A stretch of 64,000 nucleotides of DNA from Bacillota bacterium (GCA_021793015.1 JAJYTO010000001.1:7738-71737), one strand, 5' to 3'; positions 16,195 to 26,926 are shown, counted from the first letter of the stretch. A program made the numbers and translations. The notes: generated from the letters alone by a model not told the origin.

Positions 16195-18801
16195 TCATTC
16201 GTCAAGCGGCGTCTGGCGCGCCAACCATTCTTCCCTGGTCATCAATACTTCACGCGGCTTGCTGTTTTCAAACGGTCCCACTATACCGAGCTGTTCAAGT
16301 GAATCCACCAACCTGGCCGCACGCGCGTAGCCCACTTTCAGTTTGCGCTGCAGATACGACACCGAGGCTTGTTCAGCCTCCACAACCAGTCGCACCGCCT
16401 CTTCAAACAGCGGGTCCAGGTGGTCGACGCCAGACGCCCGCTCGTCAGCGAGCGCACTGAAATCATCCACATACTCCGCTTCCTGTTGACGGCGTGAAAA
16501 ATCCACAAGCCGTTCGACCTCGGGTTCTGACAGAAACGCTCCCTGCAAACGTACGGGTTTGGATGCGCCGACAGGCAAATACAGCATATCGCCGCGGCCC
16601 AGCAGCTTCTCCGCGCCCGTACTGTCGAGAATGGTGCGCGAATCGACCCCGGATGAAACGGAGAAGGCGATCCGCGAAGGAATATTCGCCTTGATCAGAC
16701 CCGTGATAACATCGACGGAAGGCCGCTGCGTGGCGACAACCAGATGGATCCCGGACGCACGGGCCATCTGCGCAAGACGGCAGATGGCATCCTCCACGTC
16801 GCCGGGCGCCACCATCATCAAATCGGCCAGTTCATCGATGATGACAACGATCAGCGGCAACGGCCGCTTCCCCTGTTTTTCCGCATAGGCGTTGTAACGT
16901 TCCAGATCGCGCACCTTGGCTTGGCTGAAAAGTTCATAGCGGTGTTCCATCTCCGCAATGACCTTGCGCAGCGCCGCCGCCGCTCTGCGGGCCTCTGTCA
17001 CCACAGGGGCAAACAAATGCGGAATTCCATTGTAGACGCCTAGTTCCACCATTTTCGGATCGATCAGGATGAATTTGACTTCGTCTGGCTTGGCCCGAAA
17101 GAGAATACTGGCAATGATGCCGTTGATGCACACGCTCTTTCCGGAACCGGTCGCACCCGCGACCAGAACATGCGGCATCTTCGCCAGGTCGCCAACGACA
17201 ACATGGCCTGCGATGTCCTTGCCGAGCGCAAAAGAGAGCAGACTCTTGGCGTTCGTAAACGCGTCAGTCTCCACGACCTCACGGAAGGCCACGACGGAGA
17301 TCTCCTTGTTGGGCACTTCGATGCCGATGGCGGATTTGCCCGGTATCGGCGCTTCGATGCGGATATCGCGCGCGGCGAGCGCCAGGGCCAGATCGTCCGC
17401 CAGGCTCAGTATCCGCGCCACCTTGACGCCGACGGCGGGTTGAATCTCATAGCGTGTGACCGTAGGTCCCCGACTGTACCCCAGCACCCGAACCTCAACG
17501 CCAAAACTTGAAAATGTGTCTCCCAGCTTCTTGGCGTGCGACTGCAAGTCCCTTGTCGCAGCGGCCCCGTCTCCGCGCTTCGCACCGGACCGGTCCAGCA
17601 GACGGGGATCGGGAAGACGATACGGTTTGGTCCCCTCCGCGACAGCGCCTGTGGTCAGTCTCTGATCCGCCGCCACCACGGGGAGCGGATCAGGGGCGAG
17701 TGGACTCTGCGCAGGCTCGGAGAGACGCACAGTGACCCGCGCCTGCGCAGGATCCACGGTGATGCCCGAATGGTTCTCGCGATCCGCCGTTCCGCCGTCC
17801 AGAGGAAAAACCGGCTGCACAGTTCCCCCTACCAAAAATTCTTCAAACTGTGGGTCGTCCGTATACGGTGCGCCAAAGTCGGGAAAGGGAAATGCGTCCG
17901 TATGGGCCGCCTGCCCTTCTGCCGACAGCGTGTCGAGTTGCGGATCCGGCGCAGGCGTCTCGTCCTGTTGGGAAGGGCGTCCCCGCCGGCGCCGACGGCG
18001 CCCTTTGACAGCCGGATGTTCACCACCGTCCTTATCGCCCGCGATCGAAAATTCATCAGACTGCCCGTCGCCGACAGGTTCCCCATCTGCATTGCCGTCC
18101 TTGCGGCGCGAGTCAGCGCGTCTGCCCAGACGCCTGTCGGGCGACAGCGCCGAGGATCCCGCAAGAGCGCGGGCCGCGATGCGCATGGTTCGCGCCCAGC
18201 CGCGCTCAAAGCGCGTTTCGAAAAACTGGGACCCTTTCTCGATAGTGCCCACCAGCGACTTTCGCGTCATGAGAACCAACGCGATGAGCGCGGTGACAAT
18301 GAGAACCAGCAGTGTTCCCGAGACTGCGAACAAATACCTCAGTCCCGCAAACAGTGCGTAGCCGACCATCCCTCCACCGGCGTTCGCCGGAGGGAGGACG
18401 GTCGAACGGGTGATGACCAGCACTCGCAGAGATTGGCTCAATGAGGTGATTCCGAGTTGAGTGAGATGCAGCAGATCGGGATGTTGAGTCCCATATTGGA
18501 TGACACCCTCCGAATACAGATCGAGTTCGCTCCACACCAACAGTGCGAAGAGGAGCATGGCGATGCCAACCTGAAAGCTCGTGTATCGAAATCTGTTTCT
18601 GCGCACCATCGTGATGACAGCCATCCAGATGAGATAGAGGGGTACGATAAAATGCCAGTTGCCGGCCAGCATGATGCACAGGTCGTCAAGAGCCTGGCCG
18701 ACCGCTCCCAGATCGCCGAGCGTGACCAAACTCAGGGCCATCAGCAGCAACCCCAGAATCTCATACTGTAACACGCGTCTTGCATGGTCCAACTTAGCCA
18801 T
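16195..18801 (-). CDS. spoIIIE: DNA translocase FtsK/SpoIIIE
   Basis: N-terminal multi-TM domain, Pro/Arg-rich linker, motor domain with Walker A GATGSGKS and [11 protein letters not shown], and a C-terminal winged-helix gamma domain. Start taken at ATG 18801 (MAKLDH). Confidence 0.92.
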   Translation of the reverse strand: MAKLDHARRVLQYEILGLLLMALSLVTLGDLGAVGQALDDLCIMLAGNWHFIVPLYLIWMAVITMVRRNRFRYTSFQVGIAMLLFALLVWSELDLYSEGVIQYGTQHPDLLHLTQLGITSLSQSLRVLVITRSTVLPPANAGGGMVGYALFAGLRYLFAVSGTLLVLIVTALIALVLMTRKSLVGTIEKGSQFFETRFERGWARTMRIAARALAGSSALSPDRRLGRRADSRRKDGNADGEPVGDGQSDEFSIAGDKDGGEHPAVKGRRRRRRGRPSQQDETPAPDPQLDTLSAEGQAAHTDAFPFPDFGAPYTDDPQFEEFLVGGTVQPVFPLDGGTADRENHSGITVDPAQARVTVRLSEPAQSPLAPDPLPVVAADQRLTTGAVAEGTKPYRLPDPRLLDRSGAKRGDGAAATRDLQSHAKKLGDTFSSFGVEVRVLGYSRGPTVTRYEIQPAVGVKVARILSLADDLALALAARDIRIEAPIPGKSAIGIEVPNKEISVVAFREVVETDAFTNAKSLLSFALGKDIAGHVVVGDLAKMPHVLVAGATGSGKSVCINGIIASILFRAKPDEVKFILIDPKMVELGVYNGIPHLFAPVVTEARRAAAALRKVIAEMEHRYELFSQAKVRDLERYNAYAEKQGKRPLPLIVVIIDELADLMMVAPGDVEDAICRLAQMARASGIHLVVATQRPSVDVITGLIKANIPSRIAFSVSSGVDSRTILDSTGAEKLLGRGDMLYLPVGASKPVRLQGAFLSEPEVERLVDFSRRQQEAEYVDDFSALADERASGVDHLDPLFEEAVRLVVEAEQASVSYLQRKLKVGYARAARLVDSLEQLGIVGPFENSKPREVLMTREEWLARQTPLDE

Positions 18802-18925
18802 ATCTCCTAAAGCCTCCAAATGCGAACTCCAATGCGCGCAGGCGCCCCATTTGCATGGTCTTTGCAGCGATACCTTGCGCTTTACAGATTCGCCTTGTCC
18901 GGCGATTTATCCTGCTTGGCGAACG

Positions 18926-18956
18926 CAAAAACGGATCCACAGCGGGGTGGATCCGT
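18926..18956 (-). terminator. Intrinsic terminator after ylzJ
   Basis: Minus strand reads ACGGATCCAC-cccgct-GTGGATCCGT followed by TTTTGCGTT. Confidence 0.7.
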
Positions 18957-18987
18957 CTCTTGTTGCACGCAGCGGCATAGCGCCCGT

Positions 18988-19206
18988 TCAGGTGAATGTG
19001 ATCATCTGCCCCGGAGCCCATTCCGGGCGCAGATAGTCTGCCGCATGAGGGGAGATCAGCCGGTGCAGACGAGCCTGACCTGGACCCAGCCACTCCACAA
19101 CCATGGTCACTCCATCCCGTTCGATCGTCTGCAACGGCGGCGTGCTTCCAGGTTCGCCGAACCCTGCGAACACCGTCTCCTCGGGCACTACGGACCAAAA
19201 AATCAT
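18988..19206 (-). CDS. ylzJ: YlzJ-like small protein
   Basis: 72 aa. N-terminus [13 protein letters not shown] resembles the YlzJ family. Overlaps the tepA stop and precedes spoIIIE as in B. subtilis. Confidence 0.55.
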   Translation of the reverse strand: MIFWSVVPEETVFAGFGEPGSTPPLQTIERDGVTMVVEWLGPGQARLHRLISPHAADYLRPEWAPGQMITFT

Positions 19207-19991
19207 TGGATCACCCCTGGCGGGCGCTGCGCCCGATAGCCGTCGATCATCTGGCGCAGTTGCCGCATCGCAGCTCCGAGTCCGCCGATGTCATCGATCA
19301 AGCCGTGCAAAACGGCGTCCCGACCGACGACGGTGCTGCCTATGTCCCGCGCCAGTTCCCCCGTGGTCAGCATCAGATCCCGCAGAGCCTGTTCTGAGAT
19401 ACGCGAATGGGCAGTGATAAACTTGGTCACCCGCTCCTGCATCTTTTCCAGATACTCAAAACTCTGCGGCACCCCGATGACCAGGCCATTCAGCCGGATC
19501 GGATGAATGGTCATCGTTGCACTCTCCGCGATCAGCGAGTAGTTGCTCGCGACTGCGATCGGCACCCCGATCGAATGCCCGCCGCCAAGCACCAGCGTCA
19601 CCGTCGGTTTTGACATGGAGGCGATCATCTCCGCGATCGCCAGACCAGCTTCGACATCGCCGCCCACGGTGTTGAGAATGATCAGCACGCCCTCAATCTT
19701 GTCGCTCTGTTCTGCCGCCACCAATTGCGGAATGATGTGCTCGTATTTGGTTGTCTTGTTTTGCGGCGGCAACACGATATGCCCTTCAACCTGACCAACG
19801 ATGGTCAAACAGTAGATGTTCGACTCATCCACTACCGGATTCGTCTGGCCGAGCCGTTCGATATTGTCGGCAATGACGTTCTGTGTCTGCGGAGGCCCGC
19901 CGGGTGCGGCGGGCAGCTCGTGGTTCGGCGGTTGCTGGTTCAGGAACCCCCCGGCCTGTCCATTGCCAGAAGGCAGGATGGTACGGCTCAT
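19203..19991 (-). CDS. tepA: ClpP-family translocation-enhancing protein TepA
   Basis: ClpP-like core ([35 protein letters not shown]). The rnj-tepA-ylzJ synteny is preserved. Start set at ATG 19991 behind GGGAGTGA. Confidence 0.82.
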   Translation of the reverse strand: MSRTILPSGNGQAGGFLNQQPPNHELPAAPGGPPQTQNVIADNIERLGQTNPVVDESNIYCLTIVGQVEGHIVLPPQNKTTKYEHIIPQLVAAEQSDKIEGVLIILNTVGGDVEAGLAIAEMIASMSKPTVTLVLGGGHSIGVPIAVASNYSLIAESATMTIHPIRLNGLVIGVPQSFEYLEKMQERVTKFITAHSRISEQALRDLMLTTGELARDIGSTVVGRDAVLHGLIDDIGGLGAAMRQLRQMIDGYRAQRPPGVIQ

Positions 19992-20045
19992 GGTTGCGTC
20001 ACTCCCACATATGTCTCGCTGGTAGTATGTCGCAACCATGGGGGG

Positions 20046-20445
20046 CTATCCCGGAAAATCGCCGCAGGCGCATTTTCGACCCGGTTGTTGGTGGCGCGCA
20101 AGCGCCATGAATGTCTATCCCGGAAAATTGATGGTCCCTGCCGGTCGGAGTCGTATATTGCGCCCCTGCTCAGACACCGCTGTCGCTAAACTCGCGACGG
20201 GCGCAATATACGACTCCTCCCTGAGCAGGCCTTGCATTCGTGAAGAACACTGCCGACGCCTTTTTCATTCACTGATGGCGGCGCGCAACGGCATGCATGA
20301 TCCGTCCTGGCGGAAGCCCAGCGCTGTCGCTAAACTCGCGACGGGTGCAATACAGGACCCGTCCCCGAGCAGGCCTTGCATTCGCGAAAAAACTTTGCGG
20401 CGCCTTTTTCATCATGATGTTTGTGGCGGGCCTTGCATGGGTCTA
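20046..20445. repeat. Modular intergenic repeat cluster R3 (A unit, full hp1, T unit, 3' half of hp2, hp1 fragment, T unit)
   Basis: A unit at 20046-20120. The hp1 stem is GGAGTCGTATATTGCGCCC (20147-20165) paired with GGGCGCAATATACGACTCC (20199-20217). Other parts are collinear with R1, R4 and R6. Confidence 0.9.
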
Positions 20446-22113
20446 CACTTCCATGATGATGGGGAGAACCATGGGGCGTCTGCGCGTCTGTTCATACAGA
20501 TACCGGCTCAGCGAGTCCCTGACGCCGGTCTTTAATCCCGACCAATCGCTGACGTTGTCTGTCATCAGCCGCTGCAAAGTGGCGGAAACAATCCGGCTCG
20601 CTTCATCCAGCAACTCCTCTGACTCGCGAACGTACACGAATCCCCTGGAGATGATGTCGGGACCCGAGAGAACACTGCGTGTCTGTTTGGACAGCGTGAC
20701 TACGACAACGAGTATCCCATCCTGCGACAGCAGCTTGCGGTCGCGCAGCACGATATTGCCGACGTCGCCCACGCCAAGACCGTCAATCATGACGGCGCCC
20801 GCCTGAACTTTTCCGCCGAGACGCGCAGCTCCCCCCTGCAACTCAAGCACATCGCCAATATCCATGATAAAGATGTTGTCAGGGTTTATACCGGTCGCCT
20901 CCGCCAGTTGCGCATGCCGATTCTGCATCCGAAACTCTCCATGGACAGGCACAAAATATTTGGGGCGGATAAAATTCAACATCAGTTTCAATTCTTCCTG
21001 GCTGCCATGCCCTGACACGTGAACGCCCGACACAGACTGATAGATCACATGAGCCCCGATCCGGAACAAGAGGTCGATTGTCCGGGAAATTGATTTTTCG
21101 TTGCCGGGAATGGGCGATGAAGCGATGATCACGGTGTCGCCAGGGTAGATTTCCACCTTCCGGTGCGTCGCGCGGGCCATTCGCGTGAGCGCCGACATCG
21201 GTTCACCTTGCGAGCCCGTCGTCAGCAACGCCACTTCTTTGGCATCGTACCGCGACAGGTCGTCCGGATCGATGAGCGTGGACGGCGCCACCTGCAAGTA
21301 CCCCAAGTCTTTGGCCACAGTGATGTTATTGACCATGCTGCGCCCCACCACCGCCACCTTACGGCCTGTCCGTTCCGCGGCGTTGATCACCTGCTGCAGG
21401 CGATGGATATTGGATGCGAAGGTGGCCAGAATGACGCGGCCAGAGGCGGCACGAAACACATCGTCAATCGTCGCGCCCACCGTGCGCTCGGACATCGTGA
21501 ACCCGGCGCGTTCCGCGTTCGTGCTGTCCGAGAGAAGCGCCAGCACGCCGCGCTCCCCGAGCGCCGTCATCTTCGCATAGTCGGCATGGCGTCCATCGAC
21601 CGGCGTCTGATCGAACTTGAAGTCGCCTGTCTGTACGACGAGACCCTCCGGGGTGTCGATGGCGAATCCCACCGCGTCCGGAATGCTGTGGTTCACGTAA
21701 AAACAGGTCACCGTAAAGTTGCCCAGCGTGATCTCGCTTTCGTTGGTGATCGCAATCAGCTTCGCCTGGTCCAGAATCCCGTGTTCGCGCAGCTTGCCTT
21801 CGACCAGGCCCAGAGTGAGTCTGGTCGCATACACCGGCACCTGCAGAGTCTTTAACACATACGCCAATCCGCCAATGTGATCCTCGTGTCCATGGGTCAA
21901 AAACAGGCCGCGAAATTTCTGTTTGTTCTCCACCAGGAACGTAATATCGGGGATGACAATATCAACGCCAAGCATTTCTTCTTCCGGAAATTTCAGACCC
22001 GCATCCACGACAATCATGTCGTTGCCGTACACGTATGCGGTCATGTTTTTACCGATCTCCCCCAATCCCCCGAGAGGAACGATCGACAACTTATTTGTGT
22101 AATTCCTGTTCAA
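20443..22113 (-). CDS. rnj: Ribonuclease J
   Basis: Metallo-beta-lactamase motif HGHEDHIGG, with beta-CASP and C-terminal domains. TTG start behind GGAGGTG. Confidence 0.92.
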   Translation of the reverse strand: MNRNYTNKLSIVPLGGLGEIGKNMTAYVYGNDMIVVDAGLKFPEEEMLGVDIVIPDITFLVENKQKFRGLFLTHGHEDHIGGLAYVLKTLQVPVYATRLTLGLVEGKLREHGILDQAKLIAITNESEITLGNFTVTCFYVNHSIPDAVGFAIDTPEGLVVQTGDFKFDQTPVDGRHADYAKMTALGERGVLALLSDSTNAERAGFTMSERTVGATIDDVFRAASGRVILATFASNIHRLQQVINAAERTGRKVAVVGRSMVNNITVAKDLGYLQVAPSTLIDPDDLSRYDAKEVALLTTGSQGEPMSALTRMARATHRKVEIYPGDTVIIASSPIPGNEKSISRTIDLLFRIGAHVIYQSVSGVHVSGHGSQEELKLMLNFIRPKYFVPVHGEFRMQNRHAQLAEATGINPDNIFIMDIGDVLELQGGAARLGGKVQAGAVMIDGLGVGDVGNIVLRDRKLLSQDGILVVVVTLSKQTRSVLSGPDIISRGFVYVRESEELLDEASRIVSATLQRLMTDNVSDWSGLKTGVRDSLSRYLYEQTRRRPMVLPIIMEV

Positions 22114-22183
22114 CGGTACACCTCCACAATTTTCCGATCAACAAAAAGAGGGCATTACTTGGCCGCACCCGTCTGGTAGTCCG

Positions 22184-22213
22184 ATTATACATGACCGCAA
22201 GGTGCGTTCACAA
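22184..22213 (-). promoter_or_regulatory. Candidate sigma-A promoter for rnj
   Basis: Minus strand reads TTGTGA, an 18-nt spacer, then a perfect TATAAT in the dapA-rnj spacer. Confidence 0.5.
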
Positions 22214-22245
22214 GAATGCCCCCGTTGGTTTCCGAGAGCCGCCTG

Positions 22246-23133
22246 TCAGTGCACCGGGGCCAATTCGACGATAGCGCCCAGCGTGCGCCGCAGTTCCCTT
22301 CGTTCCTCGGATGTAGCCGGAGCCAAGGGCAGCCGCACTTCGCCGACAGGTACGCCAAGCATGTCCAGGGCAACCTTCGTGAGTACGGGATTCGATGTCT
22401 TGAACAAACCTTCAAAGAGCGGCATCAGGCGATGATGGATCTGCCGCGCCGCCGCCAGGTCGCCTTCAAAAAAAGCCTGCAGCATGCTGGTTATGTGATC
22501 TCCGACAACATGCGACGCCACGCTCACCACGCCGGCCGCCCCCAATGCCAGCATTGGCAACGTGTACTTGTCGTCTCCACTGTAGACAAAAAAGTCTTCC
22601 GGCGTTTCCCCGATCATTCGCGAAATCTGCGTGAAATCTCCCGACGATTCCTTGACGCCGACAATCTGCGACGACTGCGCCATGCGGCAGAGTGTCTCCG
22701 GCTGAATGTTGACGGCTGTCCGGCCGGGGATATTGTACACGATCACCGGTTTTTGCACCGCGTCTGCCACTGCGCTGAAATGCTGGTACAGTCCTTCCTG
22801 GGACGGTTTGTTGTAGTAGGGCGCCACCACCAGAAACCCGTCCACAAGCAACTGCTCCGCCTCGCGGGTAAATTCCGCTGTGGCGGCGGTATCGTTCGTG
22901 CCCGTTCCCGCAATGACGGGAATACGGCCTGCGCACAGGCGGACCGTCTCCTCGATCAACAGCAGCTTTTCACGGTGGGACAGCGTCGATGATTCCCCCG
23001 TCGTGCCGCACACCACCAGGCCTGTCGTTCCCGTGGCGATCAGATGGTCAATCAGTCGCGGCAATCTTGCGAGATCCAGCTGCAGCGATGAATCATAGGG
23101 CGTCACCATCGCTGTAAGCAGATGACCGAACAT
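22246..23133 (-). CDS. dapA: 4-hydroxy-tetrahydrodipicolinate synthase
   Basis: TAMVTPY and CGTTGES motifs, 295 aa. Start overlaps the aspartokinase stop. Confidence 0.92.
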   Translation of the reverse strand: MFGHLLTAMVTPYDSSLQLDLARLPRLIDHLIATGTTGLVVCGTTGESSTLSHREKLLLIEETVRLCAGRIPVIAGTGTNDTAATAEFTREAEQLLVDGFLVVAPYYNKPSQEGLYQHFSAVADAVQKPVIVYNIPGRTAVNIQPETLCRMAQSSQIVGVKESSGDFTQISRMIGETPEDFFVYSGDDKYTLPMLALGAAGVVSVASHVVGDHITSMLQAFFEGDLAAARQIHHRLMPLFEGLFKTSNPVLTKVALDMLGVPVGEVRLPLAPATSEERRELRRTLGAIVELAPVH

Positions 23134-24359
23134 CAGTCTGCGCCTCCCATCGAGTGCAAATCGAACTTATTGTGAATGGCTCTCATCGCGCGCACCATGT
23201 CGCGTTCGTGCACAAGACACCAGATTGTGGTGTTGGAGTCGGCGGACTGCAGAATCTCGACGCCGACATCGGAGAGTGCCTCCACGATGCGCGCCATCAC
23301 GCCCGGCACACCGTGAATTCCCGCCCCAACCGCCGCGATCTTCGCCACGTCCGGCACAGTGCTCACCGTGAGATCCAGGTTTTCAAGCGTGCTCACAGCC
23401 CGCTTTGCTTCAGCCGTCGGCACCGTGTACACGACTTCCTCCAGAGTGACATTGAAGAAATCCACCGAGATGCCGATCCTCGCCATGGTTTGAAAGACCA
23501 GAGTCTGAAACCCGCGCTGCTCCCCGGAAGGCCGCACACGAATCTGCGTGAGCTGAGAACTGTGCGTCACGCCGGTGAGTATGCGGTCATTGGCGGGACG
23601 CGTTTCAAGCGAGTGCGCACCATTTGTGACGAGGGTGCCGGTATCCTTGGAATGCGTGCTGCGCACGCGAATGGGAATATTTTTCTGCATCGCCAATTCA
23701 ACCGCCCTCGGATGGATCACTTTGGCTCCCGAAGAAGCAAAATTGCTCATCTCCGCATAGGTCACGCGCCGCAACCGGGCTGCGTCGTCAATGATGCGCG
23801 GATCCGCTGTCATGATGCCGTCCACATCCGTGAAGATGTCGATGAGTTCGGCGTCGAGCGCGATGCCGAGCGCCGTCGCGGAAGTGTCGCTGCCGCCTCG
23901 CCCGAGGGTCGTCGTCTCGCCTGTGGCGGTAACCCCCTGGAAACCGGTCACCACCACCACGCGCCCCGCATGGAGTTCCGTGAAAATACGTTCCGGACTG
24001 ATCTCCTCAATCCGGGCGTTGCCAAAGTTCGCGGTCGTTCGTATGCCGGCCTGCGCTCCGGTCAATACACTGACTTGGCGGCCGCGAGCGCGCAGCATCC
24101 CGGCAAAAACAACGGCCGAGATGGTCTCCCCGCAAGACAGCAGCAAATCCCGGTCGCGCGCCTCGACCGCATCTTCCCCGTTTATCAGCGACAGCAGAGT
24201 ATCGGTCGCATACGGTTCCCCCGACCGCCCCATGGCGGAGACCACCACAACCACCGCATAGCCGTCGGCCAGCGCCTGTTCGACATGCTCCATGGCCAGT
24301 TGCCTGACAGAACGGCTGGACACAGACGTTCCGCCGAATTTCTGTATGATGACCTTCAT
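23133..24359 (-). CDS. dapG: Aspartate kinase (DapG-type)
   Basis: MKVIIQKFGGTSV N-terminus and C-terminal tandem ACT domains. ATGA overlap with the asd stop. Start set at 24359. Confidence 0.9.
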   Translation of the reverse strand: MKVIIQKFGGTSVSSRSVRQLAMEHVEQALADGYAVVVVVSAMGRSGEPYATDTLLSLINGEDAVEARDRDLLLSCGETISAVVFAGMLRARGRQVSVLTGAQAGIRTTANFGNARIEEISPERIFTELHAGRVVVVTGFQGVTATGETTTLGRGGSDTSATALGIALDAELIDIFTDVDGIMTADPRIIDDAARLRRVTYAEMSNFASSGAKVIHPRAVELAMQKNIPIRVRSTHSKDTGTLVTNGAHSLETRPANDRILTGVTHSSQLTQIRVRPSGEQRGFQTLVFQTMARIGISVDFFNVTLEEVVYTVPTAEAKRAVSTLENLDLTVSTVPDVAKIAAVGAGIHGVPGVMARIVEALSDVGVEILQSADSNTTIWCLVHERDMVRAMRAIHNKFDLHSMGGAD

Positions 24360-25399
24360 TGCCCACGGGCCTCCTGTTGGAGCCATAATTCCGCGATCTG
24401 CACTGCGTTTAGCGCCGCTCCTTTCAGGATGTTGTCGGCCACGATCCACAGGGAGAGGCCGTTTTTTACAAACAGGTCTTCCCGCAGGCGTCCAACGAAA
24501 ACTGGGAACTGTCCGGCCGCGTGAAGCGGTTGAGGATAGATCTGCCGCTGCGGATCGTCCTCCAGAACAACGCCCGGCGCCTCAGCCAACAGCCGGCGCA
24601 CGTCCTCGACGGCAAACGGACGGTCCGTCTCGATATACACCGCTTCGGCATGTCCATACACAACCGGCACGCGGACAGCGGTGGGCGTAACCTGAATGCG
24701 GTCATCGCCGAAAATCTTATGCGTCTCGCGGACCATCTTCATTTCTTCGCGGCTGTACCCATTCTCTTCAAACACGTCGATTTGCGGCAACACGTTAAAC
24801 GCGAGGGGATAATGACGCTCCAGCCGCGCCACAGGCAGCAGTTGCGGCTGCGGATCGCCGCCGGAAAGCATGGCCGCCGCGCCCTGCTTCAACTCATCGA
24901 CGGCCCGCTGTCCGGCTCCCGATGCGGCCTGGTACGTCGACACCACGATGCGTCGGACGCCGTACTCGCGATGGATGGGGTTTAGCGCCACGACCATCTG
25001 GATTGTCGAGCAGTTCGGATTGGCAATGATGCCCCGATGCTTCGCGATCTCCTGCGGATTAACCTCTGGCACGACAAGCGGAACGTCTTCGCGCATGCGA
25101 AAGGCGCTCGTGTTGTCAATCACAAGCGCGCCCCTGGCCACCGCTTCCGGAGCGAGCGCCAGCGACACATCGCCCCCCGCGCTGAAAAGCGCGATATCGA
25201 TGCCGGCAAATGCGTCGGGAGTCGCCTCCTCCACTCTGTGCACGACGCCGCGAACGACGACCTCTGTTCCTGCTGAACGCTTCGAGGCGAGCAACCTCAG
25301 CGACTGCAGGGGAAACTCCCTGCGCATCAGCGTTTCGACCATCGCCTGGCCAACTGCGCCCGTAGCGCCGACGACGGCAACTCGCGCCCCCTGAATCAC
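24356..25399 (-). CDS. asd: Aspartate-semialdehyde dehydrogenase
   Basis: VAVVGATGAVGQ Rossmann motif and active-site NPNCSTI. Start set at GTG 25399 behind GGGAGAGGGTGG. Confidence 0.92.
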   Translation of the reverse strand: MIQGARVAVVGATGAVGQAMVETLMRREFPLQSLRLLASKRSAGTEVVVRGVVHRVEEATPDAFAGIDIALFSAGGDVSLALAPEAVARGALVIDNTSAFRMREDVPLVVPEVNPQEIAKHRGIIANPNCSTIQMVVALNPIHREYGVRRIVVSTYQAASGAGQRAVDELKQGAAAMLSGGDPQPQLLPVARLERHYPLAFNVLPQIDVFEENGYSREEMKMVRETHKIFGDDRIQVTPTAVRVPVVYGHAEAVYIETDRPFAVEDVRRLLAEAPGVVLEDDPQRQIYPQPLHAAGQFPVFVGRLREDLFVKNGLSLWIVADNILKGAALNAVQIAELWLQQEARGQ

Positions 25400-25428
25400 G
25401 ATCCGACCACCCTCTCCCAAATCCCGTA

Positions 25429-26028
25429 TCAGGAAGTCCGCCTGTACCGCTCGACGAGCAGCGGCTGGATCTGCCTCTTTTCCAAAGCCGCCGCGACTGT
25501 GGACACAATGAGGTCCATCCTGGCAACCAGTGAATTCATTTTGACAAATGGATCATCTTGACCAAAGGGCACAAAAAATATGTTCTTCGCAACCAGGAGA
25601 CGCGCGATGTTCGCCGCATTGAACCCCAGTCCGTCATTGGTAGAAATCGCCACGACGACGGGTCTGTCATTGCGCATGGTCGCCTTGGCCGCCATCAGCA
25701 CCGGCGAATCGGTCTGCGCATTCGCCAGACGGCTGAGGCTGCTGCCAGTACACGGGGCAATGACCAGACAGTCCAACAGCCGGGACGGACCGAGCGGCTC
25801 CGCCTCAGGCAATGTGGTGAGCGCCCGTTCACCCGTGAGCGTCTCAATGCGCGAAGCCCACTCGCCCGCTTCTCCAAAGCGAGTGGACGTGCCGGTCACC
25901 GTCTGGGAAAAAATCGGCACAACACGAGCTTCCGCTTTCACTAACCGTTCAATTTCCGGAAACACTTCAGCGTAGGTGCAATGCGATCCTGTCACAGCAA
26001 AACCGATCGTCTTGCCCTTGATGTCCAT
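25429..26028 (-). CDS. dpaB: Dipicolinate synthase subunit B
   Basis: Flavoprotein-family N-terminus KTIGFAVTGSHCT, ~199 aa, downstream of dpaA. Confidence 0.88.
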   Translation of the reverse strand: MDIKGKTIGFAVTGSHCTYAEVFPEIERLVKAEARVVPIFSQTVTGTSTRFGEAGEWASRIETLTGERALTTLPEAEPLGPSRLLDCLVIAPCTGSSLSRLANAQTDSPVLMAAKATMRNDRPVVVAISTNDGLGFNAANIARLLVAKNIFFVPFGQDDPFVKMNSLVARMDLIVSTVAAALEKRQIQPLLVERYRRTS

Positions 26029-26029
26029 A

Positions 26030-26926
26030 TCACATTCCTCCAGGGCTTACGGCGCGGTCCTGCATCAGCCGCACAATGGTCTGCGCGATGATGCGTCCCG
26101 CCGTTTTGGGTGCCACGATCCCTGGTAGGCTGGGCGCCAGCAGCGCCTTGATCCCGCGTTTCTCCGCGTAGCGAAAGTCTGTGCCGCCGGGCGCCGACGC
26201 GATGTCGATAATGACGCACGAGCGCGGGACCCGCGCGAGCACATCCGAAGTCAGGATGGGCGCCGGCACCGTATTGAAGACAACGTCTGCGTCGGCAAGG
26301 GCGCTTTCCAGTTCGGCAAGCGGATACGCGGCGAGTCCCATCTCCCGGATCCGCGCCAAATCAGACGGTTTGCGCGCGCACACCCTGACCTTGGCTCCGA
26401 TGCCTGCGAGCATCCGGGCCAGCGACGCGCCGCACCTACCCATGCCGAGCACAACGCAGGCGGACCCGTGCAGTGTGATATCCGTCTTTTCCATCGCCAA
26501 AGCGATGGCTCCTTCTGCGGTTGGGATGGAGTTGAGTATCGCCACTTCGTCGAGTTCCATCAGACGGATGAGTTCAAGACCGTGCTTGGCGGCCATGGAC
26601 CGCAAGCCCTGCCGCGCGATTCCGGAAAACAGCGGAGTCGTCTTTGCGACAGCGGCAAAGTGCTCGTCGCCAAGGCGCAAAGGCGTCTGCGCAAATGTCG
26701 CGTCCACCAGTCCCTCATCATCCATGCCGGCAATCGGCAACACCACAACATCCATACCGCTGAGCGCTTCCGGCGTCAATTCAAGTTTACGCGTGTCCGG
26801 AAACGAAACCGGCAGCCGCTCAAAACCAAACAGATACGCCGATGCGTCCAGGTCGCTGACGTAGCGCACTACCTCACCGATGCGCGCGTCACCGCCAACA
26901 AACGCCATCCTGATCCCCGTGAGCAT
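26030..26926 (-). CDS. dpaA: Dipicolinate synthase subunit A
   Basis: MLTGIRMAFVGGDAR N-terminus resembles B. subtilis SpoVFA. NAD-binding GMGRCG motif present. Start set at ATG 26926. Confidence 0.88.
   Translation of the reverse strand: MLTGIRMAFVGGDARIGEVVRYVSDLDASAYLFGFERLPVSFPDTRKLELTPEALSGMDVVVLPIAGMDDEGLVDATFAQTPLRLGDEHFAAVAKTTPLFSGIARQGLRSMAAKHGLELIRLMELDEVAILNSIPTAEGAIALAMEKTDITLHGSACVVLGMGRCGASLARMLAGIGAKVRVCARKPSDLARIREMGLAAYPLAELESALADADVVFNTVPAPILTSDVLARVPRSCVIIDIASAPGGTDFRYAEKRGIKALLAPSLPGIVAPKTAGRIIAQTIVRLMQDRAVSPGGM

Noticed and set aside
20046-20120. Each A unit contains a minus-strand mini-ORF from ATG to TAG (for example MALARHQQPGRKCACGDFPG), sense with the flanking genes. 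It might encode a repeated micropeptide.
   Set aside because: There is no SD upstream. Loop-length differences break the frame in at least one copy (the second R6 unit), and H-hairpin insertions interrupt it in R4 and R5. Substitutions follow stem complementarity rather than codon structure.
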